DNA from: an uncultured Dictyoglomota bacterium
Lineage (GTDB): Bacteria; Dictyoglomota; Dictyoglomia; Dictyoglomales; Dictyoglomaceae
Length of the DNA: 64,000 nucleotides
NCBI GenBank assembly: GCA_964654465.1
Contig: CAZZIO010000018.1
Coordinates: forward strand, 14,957 to 78,956
Reading direction: 5' to 3'
Translations under genes and position numbers: made by a program
In this document: one piece after another, positions 10,465 to 20,267 of the stretch
Position numbering within the stretch: the first letter of the stretch is position 1
Layout: each line of letters starts with the position of its first letter
The notes under the pieces: model-generated
Told to the model about the DNA's origin: nothing
The model's input: only the letters and a program-made list of their open reading frames with translations
Databases searched by the model: none

Positions 10465-11339
10465 ACCTTTTCCCTCATATATTTTCCTAAAAGTCCTGAA
10501 GGTCTAACTAAAAGAATTATTATAAGAATTATAAAAGCAACAGCATCTCTAACAGTAGATGATATAAAGGCAGAAACTAAAACTTCCGCAATACCTAAAA
10601 TAAACCCACCAAGCATAGCTCCTGGTATTATTCCAATACCCCCTAAAACAGCTGCCACAAAAGCTTTTAAACCTGGCATAACTCCCATATAAGGTTCTAT
10701 TTTATTAAAATATAGCCCTACAAGTACGCCACCTGCAGCTGCTAAAGCAGATCCAAGAGCAAAAGTAAATGATATAACACTATCAATATTAATCCCAAGC
10801 ATCAACGCCATCTCTTTATCTTGAGAAACAGCCCTCATTGCTTTCCCTATCTTTGTTCTCATAACAATAAATTGGAGGAGTATCATAAGAAGAATAGATA
10901 TTAATAAAATTATAATTTGACGATTAGTCAAAATAAGACCACCTATATTGTATATATCTACAGGAATACTTTGGGGAAAAGATCGGGGTGACGCACCTAC
11001 TATAAGTACCATCAAATTCTCTAAAAGAAACGAAACACCTATAGCTGTTATCAATAATGAGATCCTTGGAGCTATTCTTAAGGGTCTATAAGCAAATCTT
11101 TCTATAAGCATACCTATGACACTTGCACCGATCATTGCTACAACAAGCCCTAAAGCAAAAGGTAAATTCCAAGAACCTAAAGCAAAATAACCTATAAATG
11201 CTCCTACCATAAATATGTCTCCATGAGCAAAATTAATAAGTCTTAATATACCATATACCATGGTATAGCCTAAAGCAATTAAGGCGTATATACTACCTAA
11301 GGATATTCCATTTATTATTTGCTGTAATATATCAACCAT
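10461..11339 (-). CDS. livH: Branched-chain amino acid ABC permease
   Basis: GSIYALIALGYTMVYGILRLINFAHG. Confidence 0.93.
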   Translation of the reverse strand: MVDILQQIINGISLGSIYALIALGYTMVYGILRLINFAHGDIFMVGAFIGYFALGSWNLPFALGLVVAMIGASVIGMLIERFAYRPLRIAPRISLLITAIGVSFLLENLMVLIVGASPRSFPQSIPVDIYNIGGLILTNRQIIILLISILLMILLQFIVMRTKIGKAMRAVSQDKEMALMLGINIDSVISFTFALGSALAAAGGVLVGLYFNKIEPYMGVMPGLKAFVAAVLGGIGIIPGAMLGGFILGIAEVLVSAFISSTVRDAVAFIILIIILLVRPSGLLGKYMREKV

Positions 11340-11384
11340 CTATCCACGCTCCATTTTAAAGATAAAACCTTTATATTATACAAG

Positions 11385-11412
11385 AAGGGAGGTAGATAAA
11401 TCTACCTCCCTT
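11385..11412 (-). terminator. Stem-loop between livK and livH
   Basis: AAGGGAGGTAGA-TAAA-TCTACCTCCCTT, perfect 12-bp stem, typical of the stabiliser that follows a binding-protein gene. Confidence 0.7.
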
Positions 11413-11426
11413 ATATTAAAAACTTG

Positions 11427-12557
11427 TTATGGCTTCACTGTAGTCCTATAAACTTGTTTTCCATCTTTAATCTCAATTATAACTGCACTTTTTACTGGAT
11501 TTCTATTTGCATCAAAAGTTATTACTCCTGTCACTCCTCTGAATCCCTTTGTGGCTGCAAGAGCATCTCTTATCTTTGAAGAATCTGTACTACCAGCTCT
11601 CTTAATAGCATCTACCAATAGTTTGGCTGCATCATAAGCAAGAGCAGCTAAAGCATCTGGTGTTGTTCCATACTTCTTTTGATAATTCTTTACAAAGGTT
11701 TGAACTACAACTTCCTTTGAATCAGGACTATAGTGGTTGCTGAAGAAACATCCTTCAGCAGCTTTTCCTGCTGTTTGAAGAAGTACAGGAGAATCCCAAC
11801 CATCTCCGCCACCAAATGGAACAGTTATTCCAAGCTCTCTTGCTTGAAGAAGGATAGGCCCTACATCGGCATAATATCCTGGTACATATACAAAATCTGG
11901 TTTTGCTGATTTGATTTTAGTCAGTTGAGCTCTAAAATCAGAGTCTCCCTCAGAATATGACTCTTCAGCCACTATCTTACCACCAAGAGCGGTAAATTTC
12001 TGTTTAAAGAATTGGGCAAGTCCTTTACTATAGTCACTTGTCACAGCGGTAAGTATGGCTGCAGTCTTTAATTTTAAATTTTTATAAACAAAATTTGCCA
12101 TTACTTCCCCTTGGAAATCATCTATAAAGCATGCTCTAAAGATATAATCTCCTACTTGTGTTACTTTTGGATTTGTTGCGGTTGGTGTCAGAAGTACTAT
12201 TTTAGATTGTTGAGCAATAGGAGCTACTACTAAAGTAACAGAGCTTGTTACTTCTGCTATAAGAGCCACAACCTTATCTCTCTCAATAAGCTTTTTAGCA
12301 GCGTTTGCTGCCTCTTCTGGTTTGTACTGGTCATCTTCAATTAGAAGTTCAATCTTACTTCCTAATACTCCTCCTCTTAAATTAACCTCTTCAATGGCCA
12401 TTTTTGCTCCATTTGCGCAGGATGTACCAAAAGTAGCCAATGGACCAGTAATTGGGAATATAGCTCCTATTCTTATTGTTCCTGCTGCTTGTAAGGGTAT
12501 TACCAAAAGAAAAATTGAAACCATAGAGATTAGGAAAAGTTTTGTAAAACGCTTCAT
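11427..12557 (-). CDS. livK: Branched-chain amino acid ABC substrate-binding protein
   Basis: Signal peptide; type I periplasmic fold motifs (FRACFIDDFQG, GGDGWD). Confidence 0.9.
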   Translation of the reverse strand: MKRFTKLFLISMVSIFLLVIPLQAAGTIRIGAIFPITGPLATFGTSCANGAKMAIEEVNLRGGVLGSKIELLIEDDQYKPEEAANAAKKLIERDKVVALIAEVTSSVTLVVAPIAQQSKIVLLTPTATNPKVTQVGDYIFRACFIDDFQGEVMANFVYKNLKLKTAAILTAVTSDYSKGLAQFFKQKFTALGGKIVAEESYSEGDSDFRAQLTKIKSAKPDFVYVPGYYADVGPILLQARELGITVPFGGGDGWDSPVLLQTAGKAAEGCFFSNHYSPDSKEVVVQTFVKNYQKKYGTTPDALAALAYDAAKLLVDAIKRAGSTDSSKIRDALAATKGFRGVTGVITFDANRNPVKSAVIIEIKDGKQVYRTTVKP

Positions 12558-12584
12558 TTCTTCACCTCCCTAAAGTATATTTAT

Positions 12585-12621
12585 AAAAAAACAGGGACAT
12601 TCTCTAAAGAACATCCCTGTT
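12585..12621 (-). terminator. Intrinsic terminator-like hairpin in the livK leader / downstream of asnS
   Basis: Minus strand: AACAGGGATGTTCT-TTAG-AGAATGTCCCTGTT followed by a T-run. Confidence 0.7.
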
Positions 12622-12634
12622 CTAAGTATTGAAA

Positions 12635-12664
12635 AGTATAACTAAATTTTTAGCTTAATGTCAA
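12635..12664 (-). promoter_or_regulatory. Sigma70-type promoter for the liv operon
   Basis: TTGACA-18nt-TATACT on the minus strand. Confidence 0.6.
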
Positions 12665-12681
12665 CTCCGTATATTTTCAAA

Positions 12682-13983
12682 CTAAGGATAAATTCTATAT
12701 ATCATCCTCGGGAATGGAATTGCTTCTCTTACATGTTTTAAACCGCATATCCATGCTACTGTTCTTTCTATACCAAGTCCAAAACCTGAATGAGGCACAC
12801 TTCCATATCTCCTCAAATCTATATACCATTCAAAAGCTCCCTTTGGTAAATTATATTCTTTAATTTTCTCTTCTAATAATTTTAGATCATGTATTCTCTG
12901 ACTTCCACCAATAATTTCTCCGTATCCTTCAGGAGCTAAAAGGTCATTATTTAAAACTTCATCGGGATTATATGGATCTGGTTGCATATAAAATGGTTTT
13001 ATCTTAGCAGGATAATGATGAATAAATACTGGTTTATCAAATTGATTTGAAATTATTGTCTCCTCATCACCACCAAAGTCATCTCCATATTCCACATTTA
13101 AACCATTATTTTTAAGAATTTCTATAGCCTCTCTATAAGTAATTCTTGGAAAAGGTGGTACTACATTTTCAAGAGGTTTTGTGTCTCTCTCTAATATTTC
13201 AAGCTCTCTTTTTCTTTTTTCCAAAACTCTCTGAACTATATAACTAACCAAGTCTTCTTGTAATTTCATATTATCTTGCCAATCCCAATACGCCATCTCT
13301 GGTTCAACCATCCAGAATTCTGTAAGATGACGTCTTGTCTTTGATTTTTCTGCTCTAAATGCTGGACCAAAACAATAAACTTTACCAAGTGCCATGCATG
13401 CAGCTTCCATGTAAAGTTGTCCACTTTGTGAAAGATAGGCTTTTCCAAGATCAAAATAATCAAGAGAAAATAATGTGGTTGTTCCTTCACAAGCGGAGGG
13501 TGTCAATATAGGGGCATCAACTAAAACAAACCCCTTGCTATCAAGAAAATCTCTTATAGCTTTAACTACTTCACTTCTTATTCTTAAAATAGCATTTTGC
13601 CTCCTTGATCTAATCCACAAATGTCTTCTTTCAAGAAGAAAATCTATAGAATGATCTTTCTTCTGTATTGGATATTCTTCAGAATAGGAAACCACATTTA
13701 CTTTTTTCAACATCAACTCATAACCACCAGGAGCCCTTGGTTCTTTTTTCAAATCTCCAATCACAATTATGGATGACTCAATTGGAATTTTCTCAAAAAA
13801 ATCAAGCTCTTCTTGATTAAAATTATCCAAAGTTGCTACACCTTGTATATAACCTGTACCATCTCTAATAATAAGAAAAACAACCTTACCACTTGATCTT
13901 TTATTAAATAACCACCCTCTTATTTCAATTTCTCCCTCTTGTATCTTAGGAATATCTTCAATGTAAACCCAGGAAGCTGCCAT
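12682..13983 (-). CDS. asnS: Asparagine--tRNA ligase
   Basis: OB fold, YLSQSGQLY, FRAEKSKTRRHLTEFWM, PHSGFGLGIER. Confidence 0.94.
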   Translation of the reverse strand: MAASWVYIEDIPKIQEGEIEIRGWLFNKRSSGKVVFLIIRDGTGYIQGVATLDNFNQEELDFFEKIPIESSIIVIGDLKKEPRAPGGYELMLKKVNVVSYSEEYPIQKKDHSIDFLLERRHLWIRSRRQNAILRIRSEVVKAIRDFLDSKGFVLVDAPILTPSACEGTTTLFSLDYFDLGKAYLSQSGQLYMEAACMALGKVYCFGPAFRAEKSKTRRHLTEFWMVEPEMAYWDWQDNMKLQEDLVSYIVQRVLEKRKRELEILERDTKPLENVVPPFPRITYREAIEILKNNGLNVEYGDDFGGDEETIISNQFDKPVFIHHYPAKIKPFYMQPDPYNPDEVLNNDLLAPEGYGEIIGGSQRIHDLKLLEEKIKEYNLPKGAFEWYIDLRRYGSVPHSGFGLGIERTVAWICGLKHVREAIPFPRMIYRIYP

Positions 13984-13995
13984 AGCTTCATCCTC

Positions 13996-15276
13996 CTAAT
14001 TTTTTTTAATTAAATCAAAAGCTCTTTTCTCAGCCTCATATATAATCTTCTCTTCATCAAGAGTTTTCAATTCTCTCTTCTCCATTAAAATTCTACCATC
14101 AACAATAACAGTATCTACATCAAAAGCCCCAGCAGAATATACAAGATGAGATAAGAAATTATGACGAGGATAAAAATGTGGTTTGTTAATATCTACAAGG
14201 ATTAAATCTGCCTTATATCCTTCCTTTATTACCCCAGAATCATGCCAGCCTAAAATCTCCATACCACTTTTTGTAGCCATAGTTATTGCATCCTTAGCTG
14301 GGATTGCTACTGGGTCTCTTTCATATCCTTTATGTAATATTGCAACAAGCCTTATTTCCTCCCACATATCCAGATTATTATTACTAGCGGGGCCATCAGT
14401 ACCAAGACCTACCTTAACTTTTTTCTCCAACATTCTTTTCACAGGAGCAATTCCAGAAGCAAGTTTAAGATTACTCTGTGGGTTATGAGCAACACCTACA
14501 CCTTTTTGGGAAAGAATCTCTATCTCTTCATCATCTACAAAAACACAATGAGCAGCAAGAACTGGCACATTAAAAAGACCTATTCTATTCATCAAACGGA
14601 CAGGAGTTAAACCATATATATTTTTAATATTCTCTACTTCTAATACTGTCTCCGAAAGATGAGTATGAATACCAACATTTAACTCAACAGCTTTATTTAT
14701 TACTTTTTCCAAAAAAGAAGGTGGACAGGTATAAGGAGCATGAGGTGCAAGCATTACTTTTATCCTTCCATTCTCTTTATTATGCCAATTTCTTGCAAAT
14801 TCTACTCCTCTATTTAGAATCTCATCCTCATCCCCAGCAATACCTATCATTCCGACTGAAAGAGAGGCTTTTATTCCACTCTCAGAAACTGCTTTTGCAA
14901 CTTCATCCATAAAAAAATACATATCTGCAAAAGCAATGGTACCAGACTTTATCATCTCACAAAGTCCTAACAAACTTCCCCAATATACATCATCAGCTTG
15001 AAGTTTAGCCTCTTGTGGCCATATTTTTTCCTCTAACCACTCTTTCAATGGTAAATCATCTGCATAACCCCTAAAAAGAGTCATAGCAAGATGAGTATGT
15101 GTATTTACAAGTCCTGGCATAGCAATTTTATTTTTCCCATCAATTTTATAATCAATATTTTCAAAATCTTTTTTATCAGAAATTTCCATAATCTTATCTT
15201 CTTCTATTAATATATTCTGATTTGATATTACTCTATCTTCTTGAAGAATATCCACATTCTCTATAAGAATTCTCAT
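13996..15276 (-). CDS. mtaD: 5'-methylthioadenosine/S-adenosylhomocysteine (5'-deoxyadenosine) deaminase
   Basis: Amidohydrolase motifs NTHTH, APHAPYTC, HLSET, GTDGPASNN; adjacent to mtnA. Confidence 0.85.
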   Translation of the reverse strand: MRILIENVDILQEDRVISNQNILIEEDKIMEISDKKDFENIDYKIDGKNKIAMPGLVNTHTHLAMTLFRGYADDLPLKEWLEEKIWPQEAKLQADDVYWGSLLGLCEMIKSGTIAFADMYFFMDEVAKAVSESGIKASLSVGMIGIAGDEDEILNRGVEFARNWHNKENGRIKVMLAPHAPYTCPPSFLEKVINKAVELNVGIHTHLSETVLEVENIKNIYGLTPVRLMNRIGLFNVPVLAAHCVFVDDEEIEILSQKGVGVAHNPQSNLKLASGIAPVKRMLEKKVKVGLGTDGPASNNNLDMWEEIRLVAILHKGYERDPVAIPAKDAITMATKSGMEILGWHDSGVIKEGYKADLILVDINKPHFYPRHNFLSHLVYSAGAFDVDTVIVDGRILMEKRELKTLDEEKIIYEAEKRAFDLIKKN

Positions 15277-16307
15277 TTGAATATTTCCTCCTTTATTTTT
15301 AAAATTTTCTCTTTAAAGGGAGGATAAATAACACCCTTATCAGTTATTATCCCTGTAATAAGTTCGGCAGGTGTTATATCAAAGGCAGGATTTAGAGCCT
15401 TTATCTCATCCGAGGTAATTTTCTTACCCATACACGTAAGGACTTCTTCAGAATCTCTTTCTTCTATAGGAATATCAGATCCATTTTCAATGCTAAGATC
15501 AAATGATGAAAAAGGTGCAGCTATATAAAAGGGAATATTATGATAATTGGCAAGAATAGCTATCATGTATGTACCAATTTTATTTGCTGTATCTCCTCTT
15601 AAAGTAATTCTATCAGCCCCTACGATTACAATATTTACAAGACCCTTAGACATGACATAACCCACCGTATTATCAGTAATTAAAGTAGAAGGAATTTTCT
15701 CTTTATAAAGTTCCCATCCAGTAAGTCTTGCTCCCTGTAAAAGGGGACGAGTCTCAGTAAAATATACATGCTCTAACTTTCCCCATTTCCAAGCCTCTTT
15801 AATAACTCCAAGAGCAGTCCCAGGACCTATGGTAGCCAAGCTTCCAGTATTACAATGTGTCAGTATTCTTGCCTTTTCAGGTAATATTTCAGCACCATAA
15901 TTAGATATAGCTTCGGATTTCTCTCTTTCCTCATTCTCTATTCTTTTAGCCTCTTCAAGAAGAAGGATCTTAATATCAGAAGGTGATAAATTCTTATTAT
16001 TATTTAAAACATTTGCCATTCTATTTATAGCAAAAAACAAATTTACAGCAGTTGGACGAGAGATGGCAAATTCACTCATTACCTCATTTAAATAATCCAC
16101 AATATTGGAACCTGTGTACTTGATTGCAGCAAGAGCAATTCCATAAGCAGTAGCAACCCCAATAGCAGGTGCTCCTCTTATTCTCATTTTCTTAATAGCA
16201 TCAATCACTTGTTGATATTTAAAACACAAAATATAATCTTCTTTAAATGGGAGTTTAGATTGGTCAAGAATATATAGGACATTATTTTTCCACTCTATAA
16301 TATTCAT
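15273..16307 (-). CDS. mtnA: Methylthioribose-1-phosphate isomerase
   Basis: IRGAPAIG, RPTAVNL, LTHCNTGSLAT, ETRPLLQGARLT, NPAFD. Confidence 0.95.
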   Translation of the reverse strand: MNIIEWKNNVLYILDQSKLPFKEDYILCFKYQQVIDAIKKMRIRGAPAIGVATAYGIALAAIKYTGSNIVDYLNEVMSEFAISRPTAVNLFFAINRMANVLNNNKNLSPSDIKILLLEEAKRIENEEREKSEAISNYGAEILPEKARILTHCNTGSLATIGPGTALGVIKEAWKWGKLEHVYFTETRPLLQGARLTGWELYKEKIPSTLITDNTVGYVMSKGLVNIVIVGADRITLRGDTANKIGTYMIAILANYHNIPFYIAAPFSSFDLSIENGSDIPIEERDSEEVLTCMGKKITSDEIKALNPAFDITPAELITGIITDKGVIYPPFKEKILKIKEEIFK

Positions 16308-17095
16308 AATATCCCCTTCTCCTTATACTCCTTTAATGCATCTTTACATATACATTTTCTTTCCTTAGGAATCTTAGGTATCGCTCTTGCAAATAATTTT
16401 CTTACTTTCTCTATATTCTCAGACATAACATCCAAAACCTCCTGATGAGTCAAAGGAGAGGGAGATATACCTGCAGCATAATTAGTTACTAAGGAGACCG
16501 AAGCATAACACATCTCAAGCTCCCTCGCTAATATAACCTCAGGAACATTGGTCATCCCAACTACATCACCAAAATAAGAAAACATTTTTATCTCCGCTGG
16601 GGTTTCAAAACGAGGTCCCTCTGTGCAAATATAGGTACCATAATAATGGATTCTCAATCCTAATTCTTTTGCTGTTTTAAATAAAATCTCTCTCAATTCT
16701 GGACAATATGGTTGTGTAAAATCTATATGAAAGACTTTCCCATCATCTCCATTAAAAAATGTATAATCTCTTTTCTTTGTAAAATCAATAAATTGATCAA
16801 GTATTACAAGATCCCCTGGCATAAGATCCATCTTCAGACTCCCCACAGCAGTAGTTGAAAGAATCCTTTCTACCCCAAGACTTTTTAGAGCCCACATGTT
16901 AGCCTTGTAATTTATCCTATGAGGTGGAACTGAATGACCTGCTCCATGTCTTGCTAAAAAAGCTACTTCCTCTCCTTGATATATACCCTTTAATATCTTG
17001 GTATCCCCATAAGGGGTAGAAATTATAATCTCTTGAGGACTTTCCAAAAAGGCAGGATCATATACACCTGTACCCCCAATGATCGCTATTCTCAT
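16304..17095 (-). CDS. mtnP: MTAP/PNP-family phosphorylase, probably specific for methylthioinosine/6-oxopurines
   Basis: IIGGTG, RHG, EGPRFETPAE, GMT; has VTNYAAG where MTAP has TDYD. Confidence 0.85.
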   Translation of the reverse strand: MRIAIIGGTGVYDPAFLESPQEIIISTPYGDTKILKGIYQGEEVAFLARHGAGHSVPPHRINYKANMWALKSLGVERILSTTAVGSLKMDLMPGDLVILDQFIDFTKKRDYTFFNGDDGKVFHIDFTQPYCPELREILFKTAKELGLRIHYYGTYICTEGPRFETPAEIKMFSYFGDVVGMTNVPEVILARELEMCYASVSLVTNYAAGISPSPLTHQEVLDVMSENIEKVRKLFARAIPKIPKERKCICKDALKEYKEKGIL

Positions 17096-17877
17096 TTAGT
17101 AACCTCCCTTTTTAATCTGAAAAAAATACCCTTTATATAATCTATAAGATCATTGACAAGATCTATAAATGAAGTTCCTCTTGTACCTCTCTCAAGAGCA
17201 CTATAAAAATAGCTTGCTACATCAAAAGTTGCTTCATCTATTTGCCTTTGGGTAATTTTTGAAACATCCGAGAAACCTTTTCCTCTTAAATAAGCTCTTT
17301 CAATATCACTATAATATTTAGACGCAATTTTTGCTCTTTCTATAATATAACTCATAGGGTAAGAGATATATTTTAAAGACTTTGGTCTTTTAGGTTCAAT
17401 TACTTCTGCATCTTTCTCATATTTACTGTGAAAGAGATTCTCTGTTTTGCTTGTTGCTGTATGAAGAGGTTGATTCAAATCAGCAATATAATGAGATAAA
17501 ACTCCCAGTTGAAAAGCTATAAGTCGCCAAGGTTTTTTATCTTGAATTAATCTAATAATTTCTAAATATTTTTCTCTTACCTTTTCAGGACCTTTTCCTT
17601 TACTTCCATATACATGATAAATGTGGCTATCAAAATCCCTATAAATTCTATCTGGGGCTGTACTTCCATCTATTATTTCATCAAAATATGGTGATAGTTT
17701 CTTTTGATACTCCTTTGGCAAAGCATAAAATGCTTCCTTTGCTATCTTTTGATGAGTTTTACCTCCCCACCCCAAAATGGGGGTACTAAGAAGTAATATG
17801 ATAAGAAAATATACGAATAATTTCTTATAACAGAATCTTCTCATAACGGTAAATATTTTATCACAAAAATTAAGCAT
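17092..17877 (-). CDS. Secreted Zn-dependent phospholipase C / S1-P1 nuclease family protein (start uncertain)
   Basis: Signal peptide then WGGKTH, APD, HYIADLNQPLH and HSKYE Zn-ligand motifs. Confidence 0.75.
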   Translation of the reverse strand: MLNFCDKIFTVMRRFCYKKLFVYFLIILLLSTPILGWGGKTHQKIAKEAFYALPKEYQKKLSPYFDEIIDGSTAPDRIYRDFDSHIYHVYGSKGKGPEKVREKYLEIIRLIQDKKPWRLIAFQLGVLSHYIADLNQPLHTATSKTENLFHSKYEKDAEVIEPKRPKSLKYISYPMSYIIERAKIASKYYSDIERAYLRGKGFSDVSKITQRQIDEATFDVASYFYSALERGTRGTSFIDLVNDLIDYIKGIFFRLKREVTK

Positions 17878-18976
17878 TATTTAATATCTCATCCAAAAAC
17901 TCTTTAAATTCTTTTAAAAATCTATCTTTTGAAAATCTATATGCATTTTTAACTATATTTTCAGTTTTGAAATTATCTCTTTCATTTATAAACCTAAAAA
18001 TAGCTTTCTTTAAAGACTCCACATTCTGCTCATAGAAAAAGATACCAGTTTCCCCCTCTATCACAGTCTCTAAAGCTCCTCCTTTTCCATAAGCAATTAC
18101 AGGAGTTCCACTTGCTTGAGACTCGACAGGAACAATACCAAAATCTTCTTCTGCTGGGAAAATTAAGGCTTGAGCTTTGGATAAATAATCCCTAACAATA
18201 TGATCTTCTTGCCAACCTAAAATTCTAATATTTTCTTTAGCAATTTTTTTTATTTTTGACATTTCCTCTCCATCCCCAATAACAACAAGAGGTAACTTTA
18301 TCTCATTAAATACTTCCACCACTAAATCTACCTTCTTATAGGGAACTAAACGTGACAGAACCAAAAAATAATCATCCTTATCTTTAGAAGGAGTAAATTT
18401 ATCAATATCTACGGGAGGATATATAACTTTGGACTCTCTTTTATATATTTTCCTTATTCTCTTTGCCACATTTTTTGAATTTGCAATATAATAATCCACT
18501 CTATTTGAACTTAAAACATCCCACATCCTTAAATAATGGAAAATTACTTTAACAAACAAACCCTTTATACCAGTAGCTACCTTATGATCTCTCAAATATG
18601 GAAAATAAAGATCCCAGATATATCTCATAGGAGTATGGCAATAACAAACATGTGTCTGATGCGATTTAGTTATTACTCCTTTTGCCACACAATGGCTACT
18701 GGAAATCACTAACTCATATTTGCCAAGATCCAATTGCTCTATAGCTAAAGGCATTAGTGGAAGATAAAAAGAGTACTTTTTCTCGCCAAATGGCATATAT
18801 TTTATAAAAGAAGCATAAACCTTATTTTTTATATTCAGTTTTTTCAAGGTTTCCTCAGAATACACTAAGGTAAAAATATCTGCATTAGGGAAAATCTCTA
18901 AGATGGCTTTTAATACTTTTTCAGCCCCTCCTATATTAACTATCCAATCATGAACTATTGCTACTTTCATTTTCAA
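17870..18976 (-). CDS. Glycosyltransferase family 4
   Basis: AIVHDW...GGAEKV, EDFGIVPVE. Confidence 0.9.
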   Translation of the reverse strand: MKMKVAIVHDWIVNIGGAEKVLKAILEIFPNADIFTLVYSEETLKKLNIKNKVYASFIKYMPFGEKKYSFYLPLMPLAIEQLDLGKYELVISSSHCVAKGVITKSHQTHVCYCHTPMRYIWDLYFPYLRDHKVATGIKGLFVKVIFHYLRMWDVLSSNRVDYYIANSKNVAKRIRKIYKRESKVIYPPVDIDKFTPSKDKDDYFLVLSRLVPYKKVDLVVEVFNEIKLPLVVIGDGEEMSKIKKIAKENIRILGWQEDHIVRDYLSKAQALIFPAEEDFGIVPVESQASGTPVIAYGKGGALETVIEGETGIFFYEQNVESLKKAIFRFINERDNFKTENIVKNAYRFSKDRFLKEFKEFLDEILNNA

Positions 18977-18981
18977 ACCTT

Positions 18982-19629
18982 TTATACTTCTACAGGAAAT
19001 AATACGGCTCTTACAGGTGATCCTTCTCCTCCTTCAATCTTTAAAGGAAGAGAAACAATAAAATATAGACCTTCCCTCACATTTAATAGGTTTAAACCTT
19101 CTATTATTCCTATTTCTTCCCTCAAAAGAGTCCTATGTACCTCTCTCCCTTCATCTCCTCTTGGTCCAATTGATAGATAATCGATTCCCACCGTCTTTAT
19201 TCTTTTGCTTGCTAAATATTTAGCTGATTCAATAGATAATCCTACATAATTATCATGAAATTTATTTTCTCTCAACAGATATGAATTCTTAGTTTTAAAA
19301 AGGATTATATCACCTTCTGCAATAGGCAAAGAAACGATGTCATCTAACATTATTTTCTCTTCATTTTTTATTAAAAAAACTTTAGCTAAACCCAAAAATT
19401 TATATATATCAATCCTATCAAGAGTCTTCCCATCCTCAAGAAAATGATAAGGTGTATCAATATGAGTACCTGTATGAGAACCCATAACTATCTTTGATAA
19501 ATTTGCATTTCTTCCTTCCGATATTTTTGATACCCATTCCCTTTGAAATTTAGGATCATTAGGCCAAAAAACCATATTTTCATTTATAAGTAAACTAACA
19601 TCTATTGGTTTATCCCAAATAATTTTCAT
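18982..19629 (-). CDS. Cyclase / kynurenine formamidase family metal hydrolase
   Basis: HTGTHID, VGIDYLS, GSPVRAV. Confidence 0.88.
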   Translation of the reverse strand: MKIIWDKPIDVSLLINENMVFWPNDPKFQREWVSKISEGRNANLSKIVMGSHTGTHIDTPYHFLEDGKTLDRIDIYKFLGLAKVFLIKNEEKIMLDDIVSLPIAEGDIILFKTKNSYLLRENKFHDNYVGLSIESAKYLASKRIKTVGIDYLSIGPRGDEGREVHRTLLREEIGIIEGLNLLNVREGLYFIVSLPLKIEGGEGSPVRAVLFPVEV

Positions 19630-19730
19630 TATTAAACCCTCCTTTTTTAAGTATTATAACATCAATCTATAAGAAAAATATTCTCTGTCCGCATTGTAGA
19701 AAAACATATAAAGATTAAAGTAAAAGTAAA

Positions 19731-20267
19731 TTAAGGTAAGCAATTTCCACAAGGCGAATATCCATTCTCTACAGCTTCATTTCGAGTTTTTAAAAAAGTT
19801 TGATTTTGAGGAGAAGGAAGAGTCCAACACCAAGGATAATGAAATTTCTTTGTTCCTTTATTACCTACATAGAACTTGGGAGGATAGTAAAAGATTGTAT
19901 ATGCTTTTTCTTCATAAGCATAAAAAATTATGTGGGCATTTTTAAAATTATCATTCTTAAAAGCATTTCTGAAATAAGTTATATCTGATGTAAAGGTGTA
20001 ATGCTTATCATTATAAGGACTAATAGGATATTCGAAAAATTTAGATAAAAGATCTTGTAATTCGTTGAGATTTGGATATCTTCCATATTTTATAGCAAAA
20101 ATCTCAATTTCTTTAGTTATCAATTGCATATTATTATGCTGGGTATCTCTCTTCGCTTCTTCTATGGTATTAAAATATAGAGGTAATGCTAAAGAAACTA
20201 AAATAAATAAGATACTTATAACAATCAAAATTTCTAAAGAAGAAAAACCCCTCCTCACTTTCGTCAT
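19731..20267 (-). CDS. Type IV pilin/GspG-like protein with C-terminal Ada-like metal-binding domain
   Basis: RRG|FSSLEILIVI prepilin cleavage motif with Glu5; C-terminus YVGNKGTKKFHYPWC...EAVENGYSPCGNCLP. Confidence 0.8.
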   Translation of the reverse strand: MTKVRRGFSSLEILIVISILFILVSLALPLYFNTIEEAKRDTQHNNMQLITKEIEIFAIKYGRYPNLNELQDLLSKFFEYPISPYNDKHYTFTSDITYFRNAFKNDNFKNAHIIFYAYEEKAYTIFYYPPKFYVGNKGTKKFHYPWCWTLPSPQNQTFLKTRNEAVENGYSPCGNCLP

